Positions 24,325-32,000 of a stretch of DNA of 32,000 nt are shown in pieces. The position numbers and the translations under genes were made by a program. Each line of letters begins with the position of its first letter. The first letter of the stretch is position 1. This DNA is from Geotalea daltonii FRC-32 (GTDB lineage Bacteria > Desulfobacterota > Desulfuromonadia > Geobacterales > Geobacteraceae), in NCBI RefSeq assembly GCF_000022265.1, contig NC_011979.1:3540001-3572000 (forward strand). The letters run 5' to 3'. The notes below the pieces were generated by a model. The model was not told where the DNA came from and did no database searches. It saw only the letters and a program-made list of their open reading frames with translations.

Positions 24325-25449
24325 ATGACCTGTGGCAGCGTGCTTGTAACGGGTGGAGCCGGTTTTATCGGTTCGCACCTGGGGGACGAACTGCTCCGGC
24401 ACGGCTACCGTGTCAGGGTACTTGACAGCCTTCTCCCCCAGGTTCATGGGCCGGCAGCCGGAAGGCCCGAATATCTGGATAGTGAAATCGAGCTGATAAA
24501 AGGGGATGTACGTGATCCCGATGCGGTAAAAAAGGCACTGGAAGGGATGGATGCGGTTTTTCATCTTGCCGCAATGGTCGGTGTCGGCCAGAGCATGTAT
24601 GAAATCGAGCGCTATACGTCGGTGAACAATAACGGCACGGCAGTGCTCATGGAAGCTATCGTCCACAGTGGCAGGGTCGAAAAGGTTGTCGTTGCATCCA
24701 GCATGAGCATATACGGTGAAGGGCTTTACCATGACAGCCTGGGAAATGAGTACCATGGCAGTCAGCGCTGCCTGGAACAGCTTAAGACCGGCACATGGGA
24801 ACTTTACAACGATGAAGGGGAGCACCTGGTCCCGGTTCCAACCCCGGAAACGAAAAATCCGAGCCTGGCCTCGGTTTATGCCCTTTCGAAGTATGATCAG
24901 GAGAAGATGTCCATCATCGTCGGCAATGCCTACCACATTCCAGTGGTCGCCCTGCGATTTTTCAATGTCTTCGGTACCAGGCAATCCCTGTCCAATCCTT
25001 ACACTGGTGTACTTGCCATATTCGCCTCCAGGCTGTTGAACAGCAACTGCCCCTTGATCTTTGAGGACGGGTTGCAGCAGCGGGATTTCGTCAGCGTCTA
25101 CGACGTGGTCCAGGCCTGCAGGCTTGCCCTTGAAGTCCCACAGGAATCCTGCCAGGTGTTCAACGTCGGCAGCGGTACGAGCCACAACATCCTCGAGGTG
25201 CTTGAACAGCTCGCCCAGCTGCTGCAATGCGAGCAGATCAAGCCGGCAATCACCAACAATTATCGGGCAGGAGATATCAGGCACTGCTTTGCCGATATTA
25301 CGGCAGCCCAGAATCTGCTTGGTTACCGGCCGCGGGTAAGTTTCGAGGAAGGGCTGACGGAGCTGGCAGAATGGCTCCGGGGACAGATCCCTGAAGACTA
25401 TGCCCCGGTTGCCCATGCCGAACTATCCGCCCGGGGGCTGACCCTATGA
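24325..25449 (+). CDS. NAD-dependent nucleotide-sugar epimerase/dehydratase (extended SDR)
   Basis: VLVTGGAGFIGSHL Rossmann motif and catalytic YALSKYDQE (YxxxK). A strong AAGGAGG RBS precedes the start. Confidence 0.88.
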   Translation: MTCGSVLVTGGAGFIGSHLGDELLRHGYRVRVLDSLLPQVHGPAAGRPEYLDSEIELIKGDVRDPDAVKKALEGMDAVFHLAAMVGVGQSMYEIERYTSVNNNGTAVLMEAIVHSGRVEKVVVASSMSIYGEGLYHDSLGNEYHGSQRCLEQLKTGTWELYNDEGEHLVPVPTPETKNPSLASVYALSKYDQEKMSIIVGNAYHIPVVALRFFNVFGTRQSLSNPYTGVLAIFASRLLNSNCPLIFEDGLQQRDFVSVYDVVQACRLALEVPQESCQVFNVGSGTSHNILEVLEQLAQLLQCEQIKPAITNNYRAGDIRHCFADITAAQNLLGYRPRVSFEEGLTELAEWLRGQIPEDYAPVAHAELSARGLTL

Positions 25450-27524
25450 GTTTTCAGGCCAAAGATCTGAAAATGAGGGAAACGCTCCCCGACCATCTTG
25501 GCCTGGTGGAATGGTTCCGGCCCGGTGAATTCAGTAGGGTGGAGAAAGTCCTGTCCATGATGAAGAAAATCGGCATCGGACGTCTGCGAACCGGCGTGTC
25601 ATGGGCTGACTGGTATACAAGCGCAGGAACAAGCTGGTACGAGTGGTTGATGCCGCGACTGGCCGCAGAGGTGGAGATTCTTCCCTGCTTCCTCTACACG
25701 CCGCCTTCCATCGGCATCGAGCAGAAAACCTCCTCTCCCCCTGTGTGCAACAAGGATTACGCAGATTTCCTGGACCTGTTCACCAGCCGCTTCGGCCGGT
25801 TCTATGAATATGTCGAACTGTGGAACGAGCCCAACAACCTGAGCGAATGGGACTGGACCCTTGATCCCCACTGGACGAAATTCGGCGAGATGATCGGTGG
25901 TGCCGCTTACTGGATGAAGCAGCGAGGCAAAAAAACCATTCTGGGGGGCATGAGCCCCGTGGATGGTCACTGGCTCTGCCGCATGTTCGAACTGGGGGTC
26001 ATGGAATACATAGATATTGTCGGCATTCACGGCTTCCCCGACATCTTCGATTACACCTGGAAGGGATGGGACAGAAACATCGTCATGGTGCGGGAAGTAC
26101 TGGAAAGCAAGGGGAGCAGTTGCCGGATCTGGGTTACGGAAGCGGGATTTTCCACCTGGCAGTATGACGAACTGAAGCAGATGGGGGTCTTCCTCGAATT
26201 TCTTCAGGCGCCAGCCGACAGAATCTACTGGTACGGGGCAGATGATCTCGATCCGGCTCTTGCCGCAGTCAACCGCTTCCATCTGGATGAAAGGGAGTAC
26301 TCCTTCGGCCTGAGGAAGGCTGACGGGACGCCGAAGCTTTTATGCCGGCTCCTGGAGAATGGCGGCGTTACAGCCGTTCGCCAGGTGACTGAGGGATTTC
26401 CAGCCACGACAAGCTATCTGGGAGAGAAGCAAAAGGGAGTGCTCATTACCGGCGGCGCCGGCTTTATCGGCACCAACCTTGCCGACCGGCTACTGGCTGC
26501 AGGAGAACGGGTGATCATCTACGACAACCTTTCCCGCCCCGGAGTGGAAAAAAATCTTTTCTGGCTGCAGGAAAAATACGGCGACAGGCTGGATGTGAGA
26601 ATTGCAGATATCCGCAACAGCCTTCTGCTGGAGCAGGCAGTGTCGGAGGCGAAGAACGTCTTCCATTTTTCTGCCCAGGTGGCCGTTACCACCAGTATTG
26701 AAAATCCCGCAGCCGACTTTGCCGTGAATGCCGCCGGGGCCTTTGCCCTCCTGGAAGCCATCAGGAAGGCCCCCGCACCCCCGACCCTGCTGTTTACTTC
26801 CACGAACAAGGTGTATGGGGCAATGGAAGGAATGCAGCTACAAAAGAACAACCAGCGCTACGAGCCGGTTGACCGGTCACTCCAGTCTTTCGGTATGGGG
26901 GAAGATGTTCCCCTGAATTTTCTCAGCCCTTACGGCTGCTCCAAAGGGTGTGTCGACCAATATGTGCTGGATTACGCCCACACTTACGGCATTGCGGCAG
27001 CAGTTTTCCGTATGAGCTGCATCTATGGCCCCCACCAGTTCGGCACCGAGGACCAGGGATGGGTTGCCCATTTCGCCATCCAGACCCTGTGCAACAATCC
27101 CATAAGTCTCTATGGCGACGGATGTCAGGTGCGCGACCTGCTTTTCGTTGAAGACCTGGTGGATGCATTCCTCCTCGCCCGCCAGTTGATGCCGGAAATA
27201 AAAGGACAGGCCTTCAATATCGGCGGCGGGCCGGAAAGATCGACAAGTCTCCTTGAGCTTCTCCAGCTTCTCCAGGAAATCCACGGCGACCTGCCTTCCG
27301 TAAGCTTTGGTAATTGGCGTACCGGCGATCAGCGCTACTACATATCAGACATACGCAAGTTCTCGGCGGTTTCCGGGTGGGAACCCCGCCATTCGGTAGA
27401 AGAAGGGGTGAAAAAGCTTTACCACTGGCTGTCGGCCTCGCTGACAACCGGCAAGAGAAACCTGTCCAGGGACTACCCCCATCCCCCCCTTTATCCCTCG
27501 GCAGCAGTGGAGGCTATGACTTGA
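25446..27524 (+). CDS. Fusion protein: clan GH-A-like glycoside hydrolase domain plus CDP-paratose-2-epimerase-like SDR domain
   Basis: The N-terminal ~330 aa carry LWNEPNN (Glu codon 25827-25829) and WVTEAGFS (Glu codon 26139-26141), the acid/base and nucleophile signatures of (beta/alpha)8 clan GH-A. The C-terminal part (VLITGGAGFIGTNL…DNLSRPG…STNKVYG…SPYGCSKGCVDQYVLDYA…DQGWVAHF) is colinear with CDP-paratose/tyvelose 2-epimerase as I recall it. There is an ATGA overlap with the upstream gene. Confidence 0.8.
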   Translation: MSFQAKDLKMRETLPDHLGLVEWFRPGEFSRVEKVLSMMKKIGIGRLRTGVSWADWYTSAGTSWYEWLMPRLAAEVEILPCFLYTPPSIGIEQKTSSPPVCNKDYADFLDLFTSRFGRFYEYVELWNEPNNLSEWDWTLDPHWTKFGEMIGGAAYWMKQRGKKTILGGMSPVDGHWLCRMFELGVMEYIDIVGIHGFPDIFDYTWKGWDRNIVMVREVLESKGSSCRIWVTEAGFSTWQYDELKQMGVFLEFLQAPADRIYWYGADDLDPALAAVNRFHLDEREYSFGLRKADGTPKLLCRLLENGGVTAVRQVTEGFPATTSYLGEKQKGVLITGGAGFIGTNLADRLLAAGERVIIYDNLSRPGVEKNLFWLQEKYGDRLDVRIADIRNSLLLEQAVSEAKNVFHFSAQVAVTTSIENPAADFAVNAAGAFALLEAIRKAPAPPTLLFTSTNKVYGAMEGMQLQKNNQRYEPVDRSLQSFGMGEDVPLNFLSPYGCSKGCVDQYVLDYAHTYGIAAAVFRMSCIYGPHQFGTEDQGWVAHFAIQTLCNNPISLYGDGCQVRDLLFVEDLVDAFLLARQLMPEIKGQAFNIGGGPERSTSLLELLQLLQEIHGDLPSVSFGNWRTGDQRYYISDIRKFSAVSGWEPRHSVEEGVKKLYHWLSASLTTGKRNLSRDYPHPPLYPSAAVEAMT

Positions 27525-27532
27525 TACATTCC

Positions 27533-28486
27533 ATGCAGGCAGCAATCATTACCGGTCCCGGACAGGCAGGACTGACCGAGATTCCCATACCCGATCCCGG
27601 CTCAGGCGATCTTTTGATCAGGGTAGAAGGATGCGGCGTATGCCCGTCAAATCTGCCCCTGTGGCAGGGAAGGCCATGGTTCACCTATCCCGCTCCCCCC
27701 GGGAATCCGGGGCATGAAGGTTGGGGAACCGTCGAAGCCACAGGCCACGGCGTCAAGGGTTTTGCCGAAGGTGACCGGGTGACCTTTCTTTCGTCCCAGG
27801 CCTATGCCGAATACGATCTGGTTCCCGCCGAAGCGGCAGTAAAGCTGCCCTCCAGCCTGGATGGAAAGGCATTCCCCGGCGAACCGGTCGGCTGTGCCGT
27901 CAACGTCTTCCGGCGCAGCCAGATCCGGGCCGATCAAACGGTGGCGGTCATCGGCGCCGGATTTCTCGGTATCATTTTTACAGCGCTCGCAGCAGCCCAG
28001 GGAGCCAACGTGGTCGCCATAACCAGACGGAGGGCATCGCTCGACCTGGCAAAAAAATATGGCGCCGCCGAATCGGTGACTTTGGATGATCACCAGGGCA
28101 TCATCGACCGCCTGAATAAAATTACCGGAGGAAAAGGCTGCGACCGGGTCATCGAGGCCACCGGCCATCAATGGCCCTTGGACCTGGCGGGAGAACTTGT
28201 CGGCGAGCGCGGCACGCTGGTCATAGCCGGATACCACCAGGACGGCCCCCGGCAGGTCAACCTCCAACAGTGGAACTGGAAGGGCATCGATGTGATAAAT
28301 GCCCACGAACGGGACCGGAAGGTCTATCTGGAAGGGATAAGGGAAGGCATCAGGGCTGCAGAATCGGGTCTGTTCCGTCTCGATGATTTGGTAACCCACG
28401 ATTTCAGCCTCAGGGAACTGGACAAGGCATACGCCGCAATTACCGAGCGCCCCGAAGGATTCATCAAGGGAATAATCCGCATGTAG
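27533..28486 (+). CDS. Zinc-dependent medium-chain dehydrogenase/reductase
   Basis: GCGVC and GHEGWG zinc-ligand motifs, plus VIGAGFLG NAD-binding motif. The track start at 27314 overlaps the previous gene by 210 nt, so the ATG at 27533 (MQAAIITGPG…) is preferred. Confidence 0.85.
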   Translation: MQAAIITGPGQAGLTEIPIPDPGSGDLLIRVEGCGVCPSNLPLWQGRPWFTYPAPPGNPGHEGWGTVEATGHGVKGFAEGDRVTFLSSQAYAEYDLVPAEAAVKLPSSLDGKAFPGEPVGCAVNVFRRSQIRADQTVAVIGAGFLGIIFTALAAAQGANVVAITRRRASLDLAKKYGAAESVTLDDHQGIIDRLNKITGGKGCDRVIEATGHQWPLDLAGELVGERGTLVIAGYHQDGPRQVNLQQWNWKGIDVINAHERDRKVYLEGIREGIRAAESGLFRLDDLVTHDFSLRELDKAYAAITERPEGFIKGIIRM

Positions 28487-28538
28487 TTCAAGAGGACACC
28501 CGGGAAATTCCCCCTCTAAAACACAGGAAGGAAAGAGC

Positions 28539-29540
28539 ATGACTAAGCACCACGCCCGCCGGCCGCGACTCGGCTTTCTCGGCACAGGCTGGATCGGCAG
28601 ACATAGGATGGAAGCCATTCATCGTTCCGGCGAGGCGGAAATTACCGCCATTGCCGACAGGTCGCCGGAAAATGCCCGACAAGCCGCCAAGATCGCCCCG
28701 GAGGCAATACTTGTGGATTCCCTCGACGATCTTTTGTCCATGAAAAAACTGGATGGCATCGTCATTGCCACTCCAAGCGCCTGCCATTCGAGCCAGGCAA
28801 TACAGGCACTGGACGCCGGTTTTTCAGTTTTCTGCCAAAAACCCCTGGCCCGCACCGCCGAAGAAACGGGACAGGTAATAGACGCAGCCCGCAAGGCAGA
28901 CCGGCTCCTGTCGGTTGATTTCTCCTACAGATATACCGATGGCTTCCAAAAAATCAATAGCCTGGCCAAATCCGGCGGGCTTGGCGACATCTATGCCGCC
29001 GATCTCGTCTTCCACAATGCCTATGGTCCGGACAAGCCCTGGTTTTACGATGCCGCCCTTTCCGGCGGCGGTTGTCTAATGGACCTGGGGATACATCTTA
29101 TAGACCTGGCCCTGTGGGTCCTTGATTTTCCAAGGCTCAAGGCTGTCTCAAGTTCGATCTATGCCGGAGGGACCAGGCTGAACGGTCCAGGAATGGTGGA
29201 AGACTACGCAGTGGCATCCCTGGGGCTTGAAAACGGCAGCATTGTCCGCATCGCCTGCTCCTGGAACCTCCCGGCAGGTCAGGATGCCGTGATAGAGTCA
29301 ACCTTTTTCGGCACCAAAGGTGGAGCCCGCTTCAGCAATATCAACGGCTCTTTTTACGACTTTACGGCAGAAAGGTTCACCGGAACCTCACGGGAAACAC
29401 TCTCCGTTCCACCTGAAGACTGGGGCGGAAGGGCCTCAGTAGCCTGGGTGCAACAATTGAGAAACGGGGGCGGGTTCTCGCCTGCCACGGAAAATCTGCT
29501 GTTTACTGCAGCAGCACTGGATGCAGCCTATGGTCGTTAA
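28539..29540 (+). CDS. Gfo/Idh/MocA-family NAD(P)-dependent oxidoreductase
   Basis: N-terminal LGFLGTGWIGRHR Rossmann motif and a CQKPLA (EKP-type) motif. A GGAAGGAAAGAG RBS precedes the start. Confidence 0.85.
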   Translation: MTKHHARRPRLGFLGTGWIGRHRMEAIHRSGEAEITAIADRSPENARQAAKIAPEAILVDSLDDLLSMKKLDGIVIATPSACHSSQAIQALDAGFSVFCQKPLARTAEETGQVIDAARKADRLLSVDFSYRYTDGFQKINSLAKSGGLGDIYAADLVFHNAYGPDKPWFYDAALSGGGCLMDLGIHLIDLALWVLDFPRLKAVSSSIYAGGTRLNGPGMVEDYAVASLGLENGSIVRIACSWNLPAGQDAVIESTFFGTKGGARFSNINGSFYDFTAERFTGTSRETLSVPPEDWGGRASVAWVQQLRNGGGFSPATENLLFTAAALDAAYGR

Positions 29541-30723
29541 ATCGGCAACTAGAAAAAGATTCAGCGTCTGGAACCAGCAACAGGGCCTTTCCAGCGAAGC
29601 TTCGGCAGCGCCCCGGCGCATTCTCATGACCACAGACACCGTCGGCGGAGTATGGCATTACTCCCTGGAACTGGCAAGGGGGTTGGCGAAATTCGGCGTG
29701 GAAGTGGCGCTGGCCACCATGGGCCCCCTCCCCACGGCGGAACAACGGCGCCAGGTCGCCCGCATTCACAATATCACCCTTTTTGAAAGCAGTTATCGCC
29801 TGGAATGGATGGAAGACCCCTGGGAGGATGTGGAGAAATGCGGTGCCTGGCTGATGAACCTGGAAGATGAACTGAAGCCCGACCTGGTGCACCTGAATGG
29901 TTATGCCCATGCCGACCTGCCCTGGAACTGCCCATGCATGGTGGTTGCCCATTCCTGCGTTATTTCCTGGTGGGAAGCAGTGAAGAAAGAACCGATTCCA
30001 CAGCGGCTCGGCCCTTACCGGGAAAGGGTGGCGCAGGGCCTGGCACGGGCTCACCTTGTGGCAGCACCGACAGCAGCAATGCTCAATGCCGTGGAAACGA
30101 GCTATCTGCCCCTGGCCAATACCAGGGTTATCTACAATGGACGCTGCCGGAAAAGGTACCGACCCGACAACAAGATAAATTTCATCCTCTCCGTGGGGAG
30201 GATCTGGGATGAGGCAAAAAATATCAACGCCATCGCCGAGCTTGCCGGCTCTCTCCCCTGGCCCGTGTTCATAGCCGGTGAGCAAAAGCACCCGGAGGGG
30301 GAAACGACCTTCCTGGACAACGTCAACCACCTGGGAAATCTTCCCCCGGCCAGGCTTGCTCCCTGGTTTGCGACGGCAGCCATATATGCCTTGCCGGCCC
30401 GTTATGAGCCTTTCGGCCTGACCGTACTCGAAGCGGCCCTGTCAGGCTGCGCCCTGGTCCTGGGGGATATTCCGAGCCTGCGCGAATTATGGGAAGGAGC
30501 GGCTGTCTTTGTGCCGCCCGATGACGCCGATGTTCTGGCCGATGTTCTCCAGTCCCTGTGTCAGGATCGCACTCTCCGGGAAAGAATGGCAGAGAAGGCT
30601 TTTGAAAGAAGCCGCTTTTTCAACCCGGACAAAATGGCAGCGGAATATTTTGCCGCCTATCTTTCCCTGAATTCCGGCCTCCGCCGTCAGGCGCCAGATG
30701 AAGCCGTGAACTTCAGCAGTTGA
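29521..30723 (+). CDS. GT-B glycosyltransferase (GT4-like)
   Basis: Has an N-terminal RILMTTDTVGGVW beta1/Gly loop and a C-terminal EPFGLTVLEAALSGCALV (E-x7-E region). The start is uncertain: 29521, 29530 or 29626. The first two overlap the upstream stop, which suggests translational coupling. Confidence 0.8.
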   Translation: MQPMVVKSATRKRFSVWNQQQGLSSEASAAPRRILMTTDTVGGVWHYSLELARGLAKFGVEVALATMGPLPTAEQRRQVARIHNITLFESSYRLEWMEDPWEDVEKCGAWLMNLEDELKPDLVHLNGYAHADLPWNCPCMVVAHSCVISWWEAVKKEPIPQRLGPYRERVAQGLARAHLVAAPTAAMLNAVETSYLPLANTRVIYNGRCRKRYRPDNKINFILSVGRIWDEAKNINAIAELAGSLPWPVFIAGEQKHPEGETTFLDNVNHLGNLPPARLAPWFATAAIYALPARYEPFGLTVLEAALSGCALVLGDIPSLRELWEGAAVFVPPDDADVLADVLQSLCQDRTLRERMAEKAFERSRFFNPDKMAAEYFAAYLSLNSGLRRQAPDEAVNFSS

Positions 30724-30731
30724 AAGGAACC

Positions 30732-31868
30732 ATGATGCGTATTGTAATGTTCTACCATTCCATAATATCCGACTGGAATCACGGCAATGCCCATTTCCTG
30801 CGGGGAATAGTGACGGAACTTCTGGGGAGAGGCCATCAGGTGGAAGTTTATGAGCCGAAGGAAGGCTGGAGCCTTACCAATCTCCTGCGTGAACAGGGGG
30901 AGATTGCCATCAGGCAGTTCCGCAGGATGTACCCGCTACTGGACAGTAAACAGTATGTTGCCGAACGTCTGAACCTGGACCAGATTTTTGAGGGGGCCGA
31001 CCTGGTAATAGTCCATGAATGGAACGACCACGAGGTTGTCAGGAAAATCGGCGAGCACCGGAAAAGAAACGGCTATTACCACCTCCTGTTCCACGACACC
31101 CATCACCGGTCGGTCACCGACTATGATTCCATGAACGCCTACGATCTGTCGGGCTACGATGGCGTACTGGCCTATGGTACCAAGATCAGGGACATCTACC
31201 TGAAAAGCGGCTGGACCAAGCGGGGCTGGGTCTGGCACGAGGCTGCGGATATCCAGGTCTTCCAGCCCCACAGCCCGATGGATTATGCCGGTGATGTGGT
31301 CTGGATCGGCAACTGGGGAGATGACGAGCGCAGCGAGGAAATCTGCGAGTTCTTTGTGGAGCCGGTGAAACGGCTCAAGTTGAAGGGGATGGTCTATGGG
31401 GTCAGGTACCCGGAAAAGGCCCTGAAGCTTCTGGAAAAAGCGGGCATTGAGTATGGAGGCTGGCTGCCCAATTTCGATGTGCCCAAGGTCTTCAACCGGT
31501 ACCGGCTGACCATGCACATACCGCGTCGTCCCTATGCCAGCGCCCTGCCCGGCATACCGACCATCAGGCCCTTCGAGGCCCTGGCATGCGGCATTCCGCT
31601 CATTTCGGCACCATGGTCAGACTGCGACAGGCTGTTCACGGCAGGGGAAGACCTGCTCTATGCCGAGGACGGCTTCCACATGGAAAGACAGATGAAGGCA
31701 GTCCTGGACCAGCCTTTGAAGACCGAACAGATGGTCAACCATGGCCTGAAGACCATCAGGGAGCGCCACACCTGCAGCCACAGGGTCGATGAGCTGCTGC
31801 GCATCTGCACAGAGTTGGGCATGGACACCAGCCTGCCCAGGAACAGGAAAATCGGGGGAAAAGGATGA
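30732..31868 (+). CDS. CgeB-like / Glyco_trans_1_2-family putative glycosyltransferase
   Basis: MMRIVMFYHSIISDWNHGNAHFLRGIVTELLGRGHQVEVYEP. This N-terminal pattern is shared with the next ORF and with proteins I recall annotated as CgeB-family. AAGGAA lies upstream. The track's TTG at 30720 is less likely to be the start. Confidence 0.7.
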   Translation: MMRIVMFYHSIISDWNHGNAHFLRGIVTELLGRGHQVEVYEPKEGWSLTNLLREQGEIAIRQFRRMYPLLDSKQYVAERLNLDQIFEGADLVIVHEWNDHEVVRKIGEHRKRNGYYHLLFHDTHHRSVTDYDSMNAYDLSGYDGVLAYGTKIRDIYLKSGWTKRGWVWHEAADIQVFQPHSPMDYAGDVVWIGNWGDDERSEEICEFFVEPVKRLKLKGMVYGVRYPEKALKLLEKAGIEYGGWLPNFDVPKVFNRYRLTMHIPRRPYASALPGIPTIRPFEALACGIPLISAPWSDCDRLFTAGEDLLYAEDGFHMERQMKAVLDQPLKTEQMVNHGLKTIRERHTCSHRVDELLRICTELGMDTSLPRNRKIGGKG

Positions 31869-32000
31869 AAGGTTTTTCCATCGCATTTTTCGGGTCGAGC
31901 CTGGTCTCTTCCTACTGGAACGGAGCAGCCACCTATTACCGTGGCCTGATCTGCGCCCTCCATGCACGGGGCCACAGGGTAACTTTTTACGAGCCGGATG
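31865..32000 (+). CDS. Second CgeB-like putative glycosyltransferase (partial; paralog of the preceding gene)
   Basis: My translation from the ATG at 31865 (ATGA overlap with the upstream stop) gives MKGFSIAFFGSSLVSSYWNGAATYYRGLICALHARGHRVTFYEPD…, which parallels the N-terminus of the preceding protein. Confidence 0.65.
   Translation, partial: MKGFSIAFFGSSLVSSYWNGAATYYRGLICALHARGHRVTFYEPD

Noticed and set aside
24175-25416. 413-aa minus-strand ORF, the longest alternative ORF in this region
   Set aside because: It is antisense to the epimerase gene, whose + frame has unmistakable GGAGFIG and YxxxK motifs and a strong RBS. The minus-frame product is low-complexity (Gly/Glu/Pro runs) with no recognisable motif or RBS. 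It is a shadow ORF typical of GC-rich coding DNA.
27314-27532. N-terminal 73 codons of track ORF 27314..28486
   Set aside because: They overlap the 3' end of the preceding gene in another frame and encode Arg/Pro/Gly-rich filler. The dehydrogenase fold starts at MQAAIITGPG (ATG at 27533).
27647-28618. 323-aa minus-strand ORF
   Set aside because: It is antisense to the Zn-dependent dehydrogenase (GHE and GxGxxG motifs in the + frame). It has no motif or RBS of its own.
29503-30330. 275-aa minus-strand ORF
   Set aside because: It is antisense to the GT4 glycosyltransferase, whose + frame has the conserved N-terminal Gly loop and the EX7E region.
1-32000. Search of all listed ORFs for an integron integrase, transposase, phage integrase, tRNA or rRNA genes
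   Set aside because: No ORF shows tyrosine-recombinase (R…HxxR…Y), DDE or HUH signatures. I saw no tRNA-like cloverleaf or rRNA segment. None is reported.

Overview
The window is a chromosomal segment of roughly 55-60% GC. Its proteins look deltaproteobacterial (Geobacter/Desulfuromonas type); that placement is an inference from protein flavour only.

Gene content, left to right:
- A five-gene minus-strand operon of envelope lipoproteins (LPP20/FlgT-like, COG3014-like, LpoB-like, TPR+SLH-like).
- A hybrid sensor kinase with a periplasmic solute-binding domain.
- wecC.
- A conspicuously AT-rich island of about 4.5 kb (about 9.3-13.86 kb).
- Squalene-hopene cyclase, a TetR regulator, and a tri-domain acyl-AMP ligase / carrier / PlsC acyltransferase.
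- A secreted Gly/Ser/Thr/Tyr repeat protein.
- An archaeal-type glycogen debranching enzyme and treZ.
- A translationally coupled sugar-nucleotide/glycosyltransferase operon of at least seven genes, running off the right edge.

The most interesting region is the AT-rich island.
- Its six small plus-strand ORFs are separated by short GC-rich imperfect palindromes. Each palindrome starts with an ...AAC core at the stop codon and ends with a GTT... core. The bulged bases always sit in the 5' arm. This matches integron attC sites.
- No integrase is present in the window, so it resembles a CALIN-type cassette array.
- Cargo includes a stand-alone DUF4365 (PD-(D/E)xK nuclease-like) protein, an Imm50-like orphan immunity protein and several small membrane proteins.
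- A 73-bp sequence with a perfect 22-bp-stem hairpin occurs twice, 100% identical, bracketing four cassettes. Each copy is flanked by telescoping tandem duplications of its own junctions.

All motif coordinates were counted by hand and may be off by 1-2 nt. No database search or folding program was run.
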